53,900 nt of DNA from a virus. Its lineage: Duplodnaviria > Caudoviricetes. A program made the position numbers and the translations under genes. The notes beneath the pieces are model-generated. The model had not been told where the DNA came from, did not search any database, and saw only the letters and a program-made list of their open reading frames with translations. How positions within the stretch are numbered: position 1 is the first letter of the stretch; every line of letters starts with the position of its first letter. Where the stretch lies: IMG/VR virus record IMGVR_UViG_3300032308_002516, positions 1 through 53,900 of that record; one strand, 5' to 3'. Shown here one piece after another: positions 27,831 through 36,220 of the stretch.

Positions 27831-27941
27831 GTGGCCGTGAGCAAATTGGCAAAGCTCCCGCCAGGCCCATAGCTTGGAATGGGGACGGGGCGCTGACATA
27901 GTTCGTAGCCTTTGTAGGTTCGAAACCTACCGGCCACACCA
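27831..27941 (+). tRNA. Oversized (111 nt) class II, Leu-like tRNA body with non-canonical anticodon arm; isotype undetermined
   Basis: Acceptor GTGGCCG/CGGCCAC, A73, encoded CCA; D arm AGC-AAATTGGCAAA-GCT; T arm GTAGG-TTCGAAA-CCTAC; 57 nt between the D and T arms. Confidence 0.8.
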
Positions 27942-27985
27942 AATACTCCGATAAGTATTAGACGCATTTTTATAAGGAAAACAAA

Positions 27986-28180
27986 ATGTCAAACACAGTA
28001 GAACAATTAAAAACTCAATTTGAAGCTTTTCTAGCAGAAGATTCTAAATTCACTGGTGGGAACAATGCTGCCGGTACCCGTGCTCGTAAAGCCCTACAAG
28101 AAGTTGCTAAGTTGGTCAAGGCTCGCAGAAACGAAATCACAGCTGAGAAAAACGCTCGCAAGGAAGCTAAAGCAGCCTAA
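27986..28180 (+). CDS. Hc1 / histone-H1-like small basic protein
   Basis: KFTGGNNAAGTRARKALQEVAKLVKARRNEI; SD AAGGA. Confidence 0.8.
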   Translation: MSNTVEQLKTQFEAFLAEDSKFTGGNNAAGTRARKALQEVAKLVKARRNEITAEKNARKEAKAA

Positions 28181-28181
28181 G

Positions 28182-28748
28182 ATGTATCTTGACGAGGATG
28201 CCTTTACCAGCGGCCAAGTTCTAAGCAAACTTTGGTTAGCCGAAACCATAGAACAAGTCATCATACATAATGATTTTAACAAAGAATTAAACATTCTTAA
28301 TCTAGGTGGCTGGTACGGCATCCTGCATTTTATTTTCAAGAGCAGAAATAAACTTAAAATTAAAAAATATCTAAATCTAGACATAGATCAAGAAGCCTGC
28401 GATATATCAGAGAAAATCAACGAAACCTGGGTTTGGCAAAACTGGAAGTTTAAAAGTATTTCCGATGATGCTAACATATACAAATACACCATAGACGATT
28501 TTAATGTTGTTATCAACACCAGCGTAGAACACATGAATTCAACCCAATGGTTTGACAACATTCCAAAAGACGTTTTGGTTATTTTACAGAGCAATGATAT
28601 GCCGCATGACGATCATATACAGAATCACCACAGTCTAGAAGAATTCATTAAAGAATTTTCCCTTAACGAAATATTGTATCATGGTCAAAAATTATTCCAG
28701 TACGATGATAAATCTTTCAAGCGGTTCATGCTCATAGGAGTCAAATAA
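28182..28748 (+). CDS. SAM-dependent methyltransferase-like protein; start at ATG 28182
   Basis: LNLGGWYG, LDID, VINTSVEH, LQSND. Confidence 0.65.
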   Translation: MYLDEDAFTSGQVLSKLWLAETIEQVIIHNDFNKELNILNLGGWYGILHFIFKSRNKLKIKKYLNLDIDQEACDISEKINETWVWQNWKFKSISDDANIYKYTIDDFNVVINTSVEHMNSTQWFDNIPKDVLVILQSNDMPHDDHIQNHHSLEEFIKEFSLNEILYHGQKLFQYDDKSFKRFMLIGVK

Positions 28749-29218
28749 TGAACGACGATAAAAACGATTCAACTGACAATACTATTGTATTAGATATCGG
28801 TGATTATGGAGCAGCACAACCCTCATATGCTACGTACAGTCTCGACGGAACAGATACTATAACTATAGATCCATCACTTTATACTGTAAATTCTAGTATC
28901 ACTGCCCCGTCGACTATAACTTGGTCACAAAATTATGGAACAACTTATACAGGAACCGGCATATGGGGTAACACTGACGCTAATGTTAAAATCGACACAG
29001 ACGGTATTAATATCAAAGAAGGTGGAGATATAAAGATAGCAGGAAAGAGTCTTTCAGATGCTATAGAAAAAATCGAAGAACGCTTAGGTATTCTTAATCC
29101 CAATCCAGAATTAGAAGATCGTTGGGAACAATTAAAAGAACTGCGTAAACAATACATAAAACTAGAAAAAGATCTTCTCGAAAAAGAAAAATTGATGAAA
29201 ATTTTAAAGGAAAAATAA
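28748..29218 (+). CDS. Hypothetical phage protein with C-terminal coiled coil
   Basis: Translationally coupled ORF (TAATG junctions). Confidence 0.75.
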   Translation: MNDDKNDSTDNTIVLDIGDYGAAQPSYATYSLDGTDTITIDPSLYTVNSSITAPSTITWSQNYGTTYTGTGIWGNTDANVKIDTDGINIKEGGDIKIAGKSLSDAIEKIEERLGILNPNPELEDRWEQLKELRKQYIKLEKDLLEKEKLMKILKEK

Positions 29219-29889
29219 TGGATGTACGTTTGGTATCCTATTCACAACCAACCGCAGAATTTACAGATCTGGGCATCACAGATGCGCAGGAACTCATTGC
29301 GTATTGCGCCCGTGTCAGCAATCCATCAAACCAATTCAATACAGAGACATCAGAGAAGCTTATACGATATCTTGTTAAACACGCACACTGGTCACCCCTT
29401 GAAATGGTATCAGCCTGTGTCGAAATCACCACAACCAGAGATATCGCAAGACAAATCCTTCGACATAGAAGTTTCTCCTTCCAAGAGTTCAGTCAGCGAT
29501 ATGCTGATCCTACTACAGACCTCTCGTTTGTGGTTAGAGAAGCACGACTTCAAGACCCAAAAAATAGACAGAACTCAGTCGAAACGAGCGATGAACGTCT
29601 ACAAAGAGATTGGGAACGTCAACAGCAACAGGTCATCGCATATGCCCGAAGTGCTTACCAGTGGGCTATCGCTAAGGGCATAGCCAAGGAGCAGGCCCGT
29701 GCTGTGCTACCAGAAGGACTGATCGAAAGTAAACTTTACATGAACGGCACATTGCGCTCGTGGGTACACTTCATTGAGCTACGTTCTGGAAATGGCACAC
29801 AGAAAGAACATCAGCTCGTAGCATTGGCTTGTGCTAAAGCCATCGCTGCTATCTTTCCAATGACTAACAGTTTAATTGCCAAGGAGTAA
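29218..29889 (+). CDS. thyX: Flavin-dependent thymidylate synthase
   Basis: HWSPLE, RHRSFSFQEFSQRY, KEQARAVLP, TQKEH. Confidence 0.96.
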   Translation: MDVRLVSYSQPTAEFTDLGITDAQELIAYCARVSNPSNQFNTETSEKLIRYLVKHAHWSPLEMVSACVEITTTRDIARQILRHRSFSFQEFSQRYADPTTDLSFVVREARLQDPKNRQNSVETSDERLQRDWERQQQQVIAYARSAYQWAIAKGIAKEQARAVLPEGLIESKLYMNGTLRSWVHFIELRSGNGTQKEHQLVALACAKAIAAIFPMTNSLIAKE

Positions 29890-29891
29890 TT

Positions 29892-30047
29892 ATGAAAACT
29901 GATTTTTTAAAGGCTGCTTTAGAAAAGAAAAAAGCCAACCAAAAACAAACTAATACTAAAAATGCCAAGGATGGTGATCACGGCATTCACGGTAGCCAAG
30001 TATCTACAAACAAACCAGCAAAGAAATCTGCGGGCCGTGGACGATAA
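29892..30047 (+). CDS. 51-aa basic hypothetical protein (missing from the ORF track)
   Basis: AAGGAG SD at 29881; MKTDFLKAALEKKK...KKSAGRGR. Confidence 0.7.
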   Translation: MKTDFLKAALEKKKANQKQTNTKNAKDGDHGIHGSQVSTNKPAKKSAGRGR

Positions 30048-30420
30048 TTTAAAACGATTTTGTGAAAACTACGAAGTACGTGTCTTAAACGATCAAAGAC
30101 GTAGGGCACGATATCATCCTCCTAGTTTTTTTACTGACCCTAGCAACGCATCAGTCATCAGAAACGATGTAATAGAATACGAAAGCGAAAAAGTTTATAC
30201 TGTAGAAATTCCAGAAAGTCGTTTACGAGCTCTTATAGAATTAGAGCAGCGTTTCTTTAAATGGCAGTATCATACCAAAAACGAAGTAGATTTCTTCGAT
30301 ATGCTAATGAGCAAAGAACGAGAAGAAGCTGCTATTAGATATCAAAATGAAGCTGTCCAAAAAGCGTACGAACAATATTCAATGCTCCTAAATTTGGCAG
30401 GTTACCAGAGAAAATTTTGA
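30037..30420 (+). CDS. Hypothetical protein; probable GTG start at 30037
   Basis: ORF track 29962..30420; the start overlaps the end of the 51-aa gene. Confidence 0.65.
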   Translation: MDDNLKRFCENYEVRVLNDQRRRARYHPPSFFTDPSNASVIRNDVIEYESEKVYTVEIPESRLRALIELEQRFFKWQYHTKNEVDFFDMLMSKEREEAAIRYQNEAVQKAYEQYSMLLNLAGYQRKF

Positions 30421-30438
30421 ACTATTTTTCAATCGTTA

Positions 30439-30467
30439 TTGACAGGTTTTGAGAAATCTTGTATAAT
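30439..30467 (+). promoter_or_regulatory. Consensus sigma70 (early) promoter
   Basis: TTGACA-17 nt-TATAAT. Confidence 0.9.
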
Positions 30468-30494
30468 TAACTTGTTCGACAGAAAGAAATTATA

Positions 30495-31319
30495 ATGAGA
30501 AATTATTGGACATGCTCAAAATTCGCAGATTGGCTTCGTGGCACTACTAAGCTGAAGTGCGGCACCGGTAAAGAGTGGCATGAATGGGAAAAGGCTGCTA
30601 AGGCCCGATATCCGATACGATGTTGGCTGGCTGAAGAAGGTCTGGATAAACTTCAAGATGTTTGGTGTTGGATTCCTGAAAGGATCAATGATGTTCGATA
30701 TTACATTAACAACCGTTGGATTACTCGTACTCATGCTCTTACCGCTCATCCCCGCGACATACCGCGTGGTCAGTGGAGAGACGTGGGGAACCGCTTTCTG
30801 CCTTGCCTATTCAATGAGCTGGTTGATTTTGTTGAAATAGAACAGGCTTGGCATACTTGTATGTGGGACGAAGAAGCACGTAAAAAATATTCTCCGCCTT
30901 GGTGGCGCAGTGGTTGGCTGCGTTGGAGAACTTGGCGCTGTCCAGAAGCAGGCATCGCTCATCTAAAATGGGCAATGACTCTTACTAATAAAGAATTCAT
31001 AGAAGAAGGCGAGCAAGAAGAACCTACCTATCAAGCTAAAGCAGCAAAAGAAATCCTTGAACTCTATACATGGTGGAAGGAAGTCTATCCAAAACGTCCA
31101 GATCCTATGGATGCCAGCGGTTGGAGTGATTACTGCGAAGCAATGCGAGTAAAATATCCTGGTAGTTTTATGGCCAGTCTAGACAGCAAGGATGCCGAAG
31201 ATCGAAAGGCTAGTGATAAGGCTCATAAGTTACTACGTAAGATTGAAGAGGCTTATGAAAAAGAAGATGAAGAAATGATGATTCGTCTTATTAAGATACG
31301 CGAAAGTCTATGGACTTAA
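30495..31319 (+). CDS. Trp-rich hypothetical early protein
   Basis: 274-aa ORF directly after the early promoter. Confidence 0.8.
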   Translation: MRNYWTCSKFADWLRGTTKLKCGTGKEWHEWEKAAKARYPIRCWLAEEGLDKLQDVWCWIPERINDVRYYINNRWITRTHALTAHPRDIPRGQWRDVGNRFLPCLFNELVDFVEIEQAWHTCMWDEEARKKYSPPWWRSGWLRWRTWRCPEAGIAHLKWAMTLTNKEFIEEGEQEEPTYQAKAAKEILELYTWWKEVYPKRPDPMDASGWSDYCEAMRVKYPGSFMASLDSKDAEDRKASDKAHKLLRKIEEAYEKEDEEMMIRLIKIRESLWT

Positions 31320-31510
31320 AACCTTTTTCTCCTTTTCGTGCCTGGGTACATAATTTGTGGGTTCAAAACTGCGAAGAAAGACAATTCTATAAAGATGGCC
31401 CTCAGTTAAATGTAGTAGAATATTTTAAAGAATTTAAGTGGTGGTTGCGTAGAGAATATAGATACCAAAGGGAAAAAGAACTTGATAAACGACGAAAACG
31501 AACTATATAA
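31310..31510 (+). CDS. Hypothetical protein
   Basis: Overlapping operon packing. Confidence 0.6.
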   Translation: MDLKPFSPFRAWVHNLWVQNCEERQFYKDGPQLNVVEYFKEFKWWLRREYRYQREKELDKRRKRTI

Positions 31511-31682
31511 CAAGTACATGGCTTTTCATGACATCATGCTAGAAGAATATGACCCTATGGAGATTGCCGCAATATTGGTCATACAAGGTTTAACATTTTA
31601 TCGTAGTTTTATGAGCGAGGAAGATTATCAACGTATGGTTACCAGTATCTACGATCATAAAGATGAAGTAAGGACCTTTTAA
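31482..31682 (+). CDS. Hypothetical protein
   Basis: Overlapping operon packing; TTG start uncertain. Confidence 0.6.
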   Translation: MINDENELYNKYMAFHDIMLEEYDPMEIAAILVIQGLTFYRSFMSEEDYQRMVTSIYDHKDEVRTF

Positions 31683-31687
31683 TAAAA

Positions 31688-32101
31688 ATGAAAGCAGAAA
31701 CACCAGCACAAGGCATTTTAAAAACGAACGATTTTGGTAATTCAAAATGGTATAAAGTTGTTTGTGGTTGCGGACAACCTGACCACGATCTGAACTTCGA
31801 AGTCGACGCGGACGAAACCGGTGTAAATGTAAACACTTATGTTACTGTAAAAACAGACTATTGGTCAGAAAACATAAAAAAACGATACGATATCGATAAT
31901 CCCTATCTACAAGAACTAGATTGGGCCTTAAAAGATATTTGGAATGGGTTCGTTACTCGACTAACGCTAACCTGGATGATATGGACAAAAGGATATGTCC
32001 AATGCGAAACAACTGTTCTTATGAGCGAACAACAGGCTCTCAACTACGCAGAAGCAATTAAATCCTCTATTCAAGATGTCAAAGATTTCAAAAAGTCCTG
32101 A
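31688..32101 (+). CDS. Hypothetical protein (CGCG...H motif)
   Basis: ORF in the early operon. Confidence 0.7.
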   Translation: MKAETPAQGILKTNDFGNSKWYKVVCGCGQPDHDLNFEVDADETGVNVNTYVTVKTDYWSENIKKRYDIDNPYLQELDWALKDIWNGFVTRLTLTWMIWTKGYVQCETTVLMSEQQALNYAEAIKSSIQDVKDFKKS

Positions 32102-32621
32102 ACGACATACTTTCCAAAAGGAAGGCTATGTCAAGCGTCAGGCAGAAAAAGGCGAACCTGTTAATGAAGATTATCTTGACTGGTTTGAAAAAGTTCTAGA
32201 AGAACACAATACTAAATTCGACGATCCCCAAAGCAGAATAAACAACATGGAATACGATCTCCTAACCAATGATTGGATTTTGGAGAAAGTTCGCACCAGA
32301 GATGAATATGCCCAAAATTTATATGCGGCTATGTGTAACAACGGTTTTATTAAATTGGATGTGATTCCTATCCTTAAACAACAAGAATGGTCATGTTCTT
32401 GGAGATACTCTGGCGGCATAATAGCAGACATGCGACAACAAGGCGACTTTATAGATTGGTATTGTTCGGGCATTCGAAATGATTATCAGGACGAAGATTC
32501 TGAAAAATTATGGAATCAGCGTAAATATGTTCCTGAAGGTTATATCACCGACGAGATCCGGAATGATCTCCAACGTCTTGGCTGGGCAATAGCACCTGGT
32601 GGAGATTGGGAAAAATTTTAA
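32076..32621 (+). CDS. Hypothetical protein
   Basis: YAQNLYAAMCNN...WSCSWR...DWYCSG; ORF in the early operon. Confidence 0.75.
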   Translation: MSKISKSPERHTFQKEGYVKRQAEKGEPVNEDYLDWFEKVLEEHNTKFDDPQSRINNMEYDLLTNDWILEKVRTRDEYAQNLYAAMCNNGFIKLDVIPILKQQEWSCSWRYSGGIIADMRQQGDFIDWYCSGIRNDYQDEDSEKLWNQRKYVPEGYITDEIRNDLQRLGWAIAPGGDWEKF

Positions 32622-32644
32622 CTTTAGGAGAAAAGTGAATCAAA

Positions 32645-32836
32645 ATGACCTGGGAACTTTATGAGGTCTGGTCCGATTTCGACGGGCACGAAGAACTAGT
32701 AGATACTACTAAAAGCAGAAAAGAAGCGCAGAGTCTAGCCAAAAAAACTCTCAATGAGGGCGCAGATCAAGTTTGGATCTGTAGAGAAACCGGTGACGGT
32801 GACTATGAAGAAATTGATCGGTTGACAGCTGATTAG
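32645..32836 (+). CDS. Small acidic hypothetical protein
   Basis: AGGAG upstream; 63 aa. Confidence 0.7.
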   Translation: MTWELYEVWSDFDGHEELVDTTKSRKEAQSLAKKTLNEGADQVWICRETGDGDYEEIDRLTAD

Positions 32837-32850
32837 AATACTGCTATAAT
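32822..32850 (+). promoter_or_regulatory. Consensus sigma70 (early) promoter
   Basis: TTGACA-17 nt-TATAAT with extended TG. Confidence 0.9.
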
Positions 32851-32882
32851 AACTAAATTAATTAACAACTTTGGAGTGAAAT

Positions 32883-34073
32883 ATGGCCAAGGCCGCAACT
32901 AAAACTCGTGTTACAAAAAAGCAGGTTAACGAACATCGTACTCGTGCCGCCAAAGATCTAAGTCCAAAATGGGACGGCCACGAAAATATGACCGCTGACG
33001 AGTTTAGTCGACACTTCCGTCTTTCTATGGACTACTATCGTTTTGAATTTAATGGCAAGGATCTCAAGCCTAAAGTCATTAATTGGATGAGTACTAACGG
33101 TTACACTAAAGACCAAATCAAAGCATTCAAAGACACTAAAGATAATCGCAGTAATTTAACTATGGGTGCTATCGCAGCCAATCTGCTTCGCGGCATGCCC
33201 TCAGTTCGAGCAGACTTCAACGAAGGTCGTAATACTGCTCAATGGCTTGGTGCCGCTATCGCTAAGGTCATTGAAGAAGGTAAAAACGATGAACAAGAGA
33301 CCGAAGAGGGCAGTGAACCTAAACCAGTAATGGTACAACCTAGTATTCAAGAGCGACTACGTGAAGCAGCTTGGCGCATGACTGAGGAAATCGAGGATGC
33401 TCTCGAATCCTTCAGTGAAGATCCGGAATCTTTTGATCCCAAAGCATTCAAAATGTTGAATCTTCTCCGAGGCAAACAGGCCAAGGCCGCACATGCTCGA
33501 GTTATAAAAGATCTTTACACGCCTCAACACGATGAGCTAGTTGAAGCTGCACAGGGAAATTGTGATCAACTTAAAGAAGCTTATAGTCATCTTAGTAAAG
33601 CGAATCTTAAGAAAATCACATCATTTTACGCTGAGGTACTGGCTGCCTGCGATATGCTAATGCAGGAAGCTAAGGTAAATCGAGCTCCTAGAAAAACCAA
33701 GGCTAAACCGGTTGAAAAAATAGTAGCTAAACTTAAATTCATGAAACAAGACGAAAAACTCAAGTTAGTTTCTATTAGTCCTGCAGATATTGTGGGTGCT
33801 AAAGAGCTTTGGGTTTTCAACACAAAGAGCCGAAAACTTGGCAAATATGTAGCAGCTGAATTCAGCGACCTGGGTGTAAAAGGCACTACAATCACAGGCT
33901 ACGACGAGCATAAGAGCGTACAAAAGACCCTGCGCAAGCCGGAAGAACAGCTCAAAGAGTTCAAGGCTGCGGGCAAGGTAGCTCTACGCAAGTTCCTTGA
34001 AGACATTAAAGCAGTAGATATTAAGCTCAACGGGCGTATCAACGAAGATACCGTACTTCTTAAAGTACAGTAA
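32883..34073 (+). CDS. Lys-rich hypothetical early protein (396 aa)
   Basis: GGAG SD and its own early promoter; no motif assigned. Confidence 0.85.
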   Translation: MAKAATKTRVTKKQVNEHRTRAAKDLSPKWDGHENMTADEFSRHFRLSMDYYRFEFNGKDLKPKVINWMSTNGYTKDQIKAFKDTKDNRSNLTMGAIAANLLRGMPSVRADFNEGRNTAQWLGAAIAKVIEEGKNDEQETEEGSEPKPVMVQPSIQERLREAAWRMTEEIEDALESFSEDPESFDPKAFKMLNLLRGKQAKAAHARVIKDLYTPQHDELVEAAQGNCDQLKEAYSHLSKANLKKITSFYAEVLAACDMLMQEAKVNRAPRKTKAKPVEKIVAKLKFMKQDEKLKLVSISPADIVGAKELWVFNTKSRKLGKYVAAEFSDLGVKGTTITGYDEHKSVQKTLRKPEEQLKEFKAAGKVALRKFLEDIKAVDIKLNGRINEDTVLLKVQ

Positions 34074-34106
34074 ATCAAATTATGTTAGAGCGTGATAAAT
34101 ATTGGT

Positions 34107-34982
34107 ATGAACAATGCCAATTTAGATCAATCCCTAACAGACCTTAACAAGATTATCAAAGATCTTGCCGATGCTGCTTCCCGACCTGTAACGCAGGAAA
34201 TCACACAATTTATAGAATTTCGTGCCAAAGACGGTGGATCAAACAACGGAAAAGGTATCATCTGGACTGGTGAAGGAACAGCTAAACAGCTGATTTTCAA
34301 AGCCAATGCCAGCAGAATTTATTCCACTGAACATTTTGAACTAGACAAAGACAAATCATTCGCTATCGGCGGGATGAAAGTCCTAGACGGAAAAGAGCTA
34401 GGACCGACAGTGGTTAAAAGTCATCTACAGCAAGTGGGTAGATTAAAAGGTCTTATAGTCGACGGGCATCTAAATGTAGATCAATATCTGTTCTATAACG
34501 GTAAAACCAACAGATTAGGTTTAGGAACTGACAGTCCTAACGGTGCTCTTTCTGTAGCAGAAAACGCTATAGAAGTAATGTTAGGCACTACAAAAGATCT
34601 ACACGGCATGGTCGGTACTTATGCTGCTACGGATTTTGATATCGTCACTGACAGTACATCGAGAATATCTGTTAAAGCGAACGGCGATGTCTCTATTGGA
34701 AATCCTAATCGAAATCCTGTGAAAGTATCGATCAACGGTAAACTCAGCGTTGGCGTACAAACCGCTGATCCAAATGTTGATCTGCATGTAGCTGGTTCAG
34801 TAAGATTAAATAACCGACTGCAGATGGTAGGATCTAGTTCGCCTAAAGAAGGAACATTCAATCAAGGTGATATAGTCTGGAATGAAAATCCTTCACCGGG
34901 GCAGCATATCGGTTGGGTGTGTTCTAGAGCCGGAAGCCCAGGTTCGTGGTTTCCATTCGGAGAGATCGTACAGCGAGGTTAA
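34107..34982 (+). CDS. Probable virion / tail-associated beta-rich protein; start at ATG 34107
   Basis: GATAAATA at 34094-34101, 5 nt before ATG; RLGLGTDSP and LHVAG repeats; C-terminal GDIVWN..P...GWVC...G.PGSW.PFG. Confidence 0.65.
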   Translation: MNNANLDQSLTDLNKIIKDLADAASRPVTQEITQFIEFRAKDGGSNNGKGIIWTGEGTAKQLIFKANASRIYSTEHFELDKDKSFAIGGMKVLDGKELGPTVVKSHLQQVGRLKGLIVDGHLNVDQYLFYNGKTNRLGLGTDSPNGALSVAENAIEVMLGTTKDLHGMVGTYAATDFDIVTDSTSRISVKANGDVSIGNPNRNPVKVSINGKLSVGVQTADPNVDLHVAGSVRLNNRLQMVGSSSPKEGTFNQGDIVWNENPSPGQHIGWVCSRAGSPGSWFPFGEIVQRG

Positions 34983-34987
34983 TCCTC

Positions 34988-35611
34988 ATGACCAAAGTAG
35001 CTGTTTTCGGTAACGGTGAAAGCCGTAGATCTTTAGATATCAATTCATTTCGAAACGATCACATTATCATCGGCTGTAATGCCATACATCGAGACTTTCA
35101 AGTAGATCATTTGGTTTGTTGCGATAGAAAGATGGCTGAAGAAGCCACCGATAATCTAGAAACTAAAAGTTCTTTGATCTATGTAAGAGAAGAACATTAT
35201 CATTATTTTAGAAAAGTTAGAAAGAATAAACACATACGACTATTACCAGATCTTCCTTACACAGGTGAAAGGCGAGCAGATATTCATACACATTGGGGAT
35301 CGGGTGCCTACGCAGTGCTGATCGGATGTTTGCTTTCTCCCGAAGAAATGCATTTATTTGGTTTTGACTTATATGGCAACGACGGTTTAGTTAATAATGT
35401 ATATAAAGGCACTGATAATTATAAAGGCATAAATGGATCTGCTGTAGATCCATCTTATTGGATCTATCACATATCTAAATTATTTTCTTGCTTTCCAAAT
35501 ATAGAATTCAAAATACACAACGACAAAAATTGGAAAATGCCTTTACAATGGCAACAAAAAAACGTAGAAAAATTAGAAACCACTTGCTCTGTTCATAAAT
35601 ATCTCGTATAA
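34988..35611 (+). CDS. Nucleotide-sugar transferase-like protein (GNGxS / GFD motifs); start at ATG 34988
   Basis: VAVFGNGESR, IGCNAIHRD, WGSG, LFGFDL. Confidence 0.5.
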   Translation: MTKVAVFGNGESRRSLDINSFRNDHIIIGCNAIHRDFQVDHLVCCDRKMAEEATDNLETKSSLIYVREEHYHYFRKVRKNKHIRLLPDLPYTGERRADIHTHWGSGAYAVLIGCLLSPEEMHLFGFDLYGNDGLVNNVYKGTDNYKGINGSAVDPSYWIYHISKLFSCFPNIEFKIHNDKNWKMPLQWQQKNVEKLETTCSVHKYLV

Positions 35612-35612
35612 T
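35584..35612 (+). promoter_or_regulatory. Sigma70-like promoter with an embedded CATAAATA late box
   Basis: TTGCTC-17 nt-TATAAT; CATAAATA lies in the spacer. Confidence 0.6.
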
Positions 35613-35617
35613 AGTTC

Positions 35618-35688
35618 AATAGTGGTCTTAGGCGTTCATCCCACTCTAAATACTCTGCATGTCATCAAACTTGCTACTATTACAGGAG
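35618..35688 (+). ncRNA. Candidate structured queD leader, preQ1-I riboswitch-like
   Basis: AGTGG/CCACT stem with a loop ending CATC, an A-rich linker, a possible pseudoknot and an alternative helix next to the SD. Confidence 0.4.
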
Positions 35689-35695
35689 ACTAGAG

Positions 35696-36220
35696 ATGGC
35701 AAAATATCTTTCAACAAAAACTTACGGCAACGATAGGGGTCTAAGTTGCTGCTTCCGTCAGTGGCGATCGACTCACAGTCATTGCTCACTACTTCACGGA
35801 TATTCAATCGGAATCAAACTAATTTTTGAATCGGAAACCTTAGACGATCGCAATTGGGTCATGGACTTCGGTGGACTCAAAGCATTTAAAGACTGGACAG
35901 AATATATGTTTGACCATACACTCTGTGTCGCAAAAGATGATCCTCACAGAGAAATGTTTGAAAAGATGGCTAAACTAGGCTTACAAGATCAAGGCGGTGT
36001 ATGTGATCTTAGGATCGTAGAAGGTGTGGGATGCGAAAAATTTGCTGAACTGGCTTATAAAGAAATGGAAACTATCCTACATATTTTTAAAACAGATAAC
36101 GAATATTTCTGTCCTAATGGTAATATTTTTAAAGCTAGATATCCTGTAGGATCGGGTGTAAGATTAAAATCAGCAGAAGTGTTTGAACATTCTGGTAATT
36201 CAGCAGTTTACGAAGGATAA
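35696..36220 (+). CDS. queD: 6-carboxy-5,6,7,8-tetrahydropterin synthase / PTPS family
   Basis: HCSLLHGYS, WVMDFGGLK, FDH, GCEKFA, EVFEHSGNSA. Confidence 0.88.
   Translation: MAKYLSTKTYGNDRGLSCCFRQWRSTHSHCSLLHGYSIGIKLIFESETLDDRNWVMDFGGLKAFKDWTEYMFDHTLCVAKDDPHREMFEKMAKLGLQDQGGVCDLRIVEGVGCEKFAELAYKEMETILHIFKTDNEYFCPNGNIFKARYPVGSGVRLKSAEVFEHSGNSAVYEG

Noticed and set aside
27831-27941. Calling the RNA tRNA-Pro(TGG), tRNA-Sec or tmRNA
   Set aside because: TGG is not centred in a 7-nt loop on a 5-bp stem and the body is Leu-like; there is no TCA anticodon or extended acceptor stem, and no G3-U70 pair or tag ORF
27700-27942. 80-aa minus-strand ORF (MVWPVGFEPT...)
   Set aside because: Typical antisense translation of a tRNA T arm
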